From positions 1-64,000 of the forward strand of contig MQRK01226569.1 of the NCBI GenBank assembly GCA_001938485.1: DNA of 64,000 nt, written 5' to 3'. The notes below the pieces were generated by a model. It made no database searches, had not been told where the DNA came from, and saw nothing but the letters and a program-made list of their open reading frames with translations. Origin of the DNA: Girardia tigrina (lineage: Eukaryota). This document shows positions 63,280-64,000 of the stretch, piece after piece. A program made the translations under genes and the position numbers. The first letter of the stretch is position 1. Each line of letters starts with the position of its first letter.

Positions 63280-63700
63280 GGCCGTGAAGGCACCCAATTA
63301 TACACAAGCCTTCACCATATATCTCTATTTATAGCCTTTCTTCTCAGATTTTCCATGCTTAATCCACTCTATTCTTTTACATGGTCTGTCCATTATCTCT
63401 TTAGTCATCCTCTTGGTCTTTCTCCGTCCACTCTTCCTTCAATCAAAACCTTTGCTAGTGCTTGTTTTATTATCTGATGTCTGTAGAATCTCAGTTTCCT
63501 TCTTCTGATGGTCTCTTCTATCGATTCCAGTCTTTCACCTAGTATTTCTGTCACTCTCTTCAAGACAAACTCGTTCATCTTCTTTAATTCATTTAAAATG
63601 CTTTAAGTCTATCCATATTCTTCTGATTTATTGTCCAACTCTCGTATCCATAGAGAAGTGTTTTATGATATTTAATCTGCTCTTGAGGTTGATTTCTTTG
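63280..63700 (-). mobile_element. RTE-like LINE 3' remnant
   Basis: LIEGRVDGERPRG...WTDHVKE C-terminal motif. Confidence 0.65.
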
Positions 63701-64000
63701 AGGATTGATTACTTAGTTTTCTTACTTATAACAGCCAAATTTAGTCTATGGCAAAAGGTGGTCTGCTGTGACTAATTATTAATTAATATTTGAAAATGGT
63801 GTTCTGATTTTGATAATGGAAATAGATTACAAAAGGCAAATTCCTCCTTGTTTGTTTGTTTGAAAGTAACGATAATGAATTTCAATGCAATTATTTGTTT
63901 AAATTATCAATCGATTAAAGAATAGCTGGGAACAGAAAATAACTTACACTATCTCCATCATGAATTATTTATTGTTCGAGAATAAAATTATTATTTATTA

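Overview
This is very AT-rich eukaryotic DNA from a gapped scaffold, with short GT-AG introns and a dense load of decayed transposons. A planarian or similar invertebrate genome is plausible but is inference only. Host genes: a cathepsin L (papain C1A) cluster and the first three coding exons of a furin-like proprotein convertase. The cluster holds one complete five-exon minus-strand gene (44041->26359, 332 aa), a partial plus-strand paralog, an internally deleted prodomain-only copy and an orphan terminal exon. Repeats: nested Ty3/Gypsy fragments, two solo-LTR families with target-site duplications (TSDs), mariner, pogo/Tigger, MULE, piggyBac and Helitron-like elements, RTE and restriction-like-endonuclease (RLE; R2/NeSL-like) LINE fragments, Penelope-like elements (PLEs) with minimal hammerhead ribozymes, and a 28S rDNA orphon. 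Most striking is a decayed BEL/Pao LTR retrotransposon inside the long cathepsin intron. One reading frame, broken only by stop codons, runs: N-terminal extension, PABPN1-type RRM-like segment, a diverged ubiquitin with intact LRLRGG, Gag, tandem CCCH zinc fingers where CCHC knuckles normally sit, protease, RT, RNase H. All calls are by eye; no searches were run.
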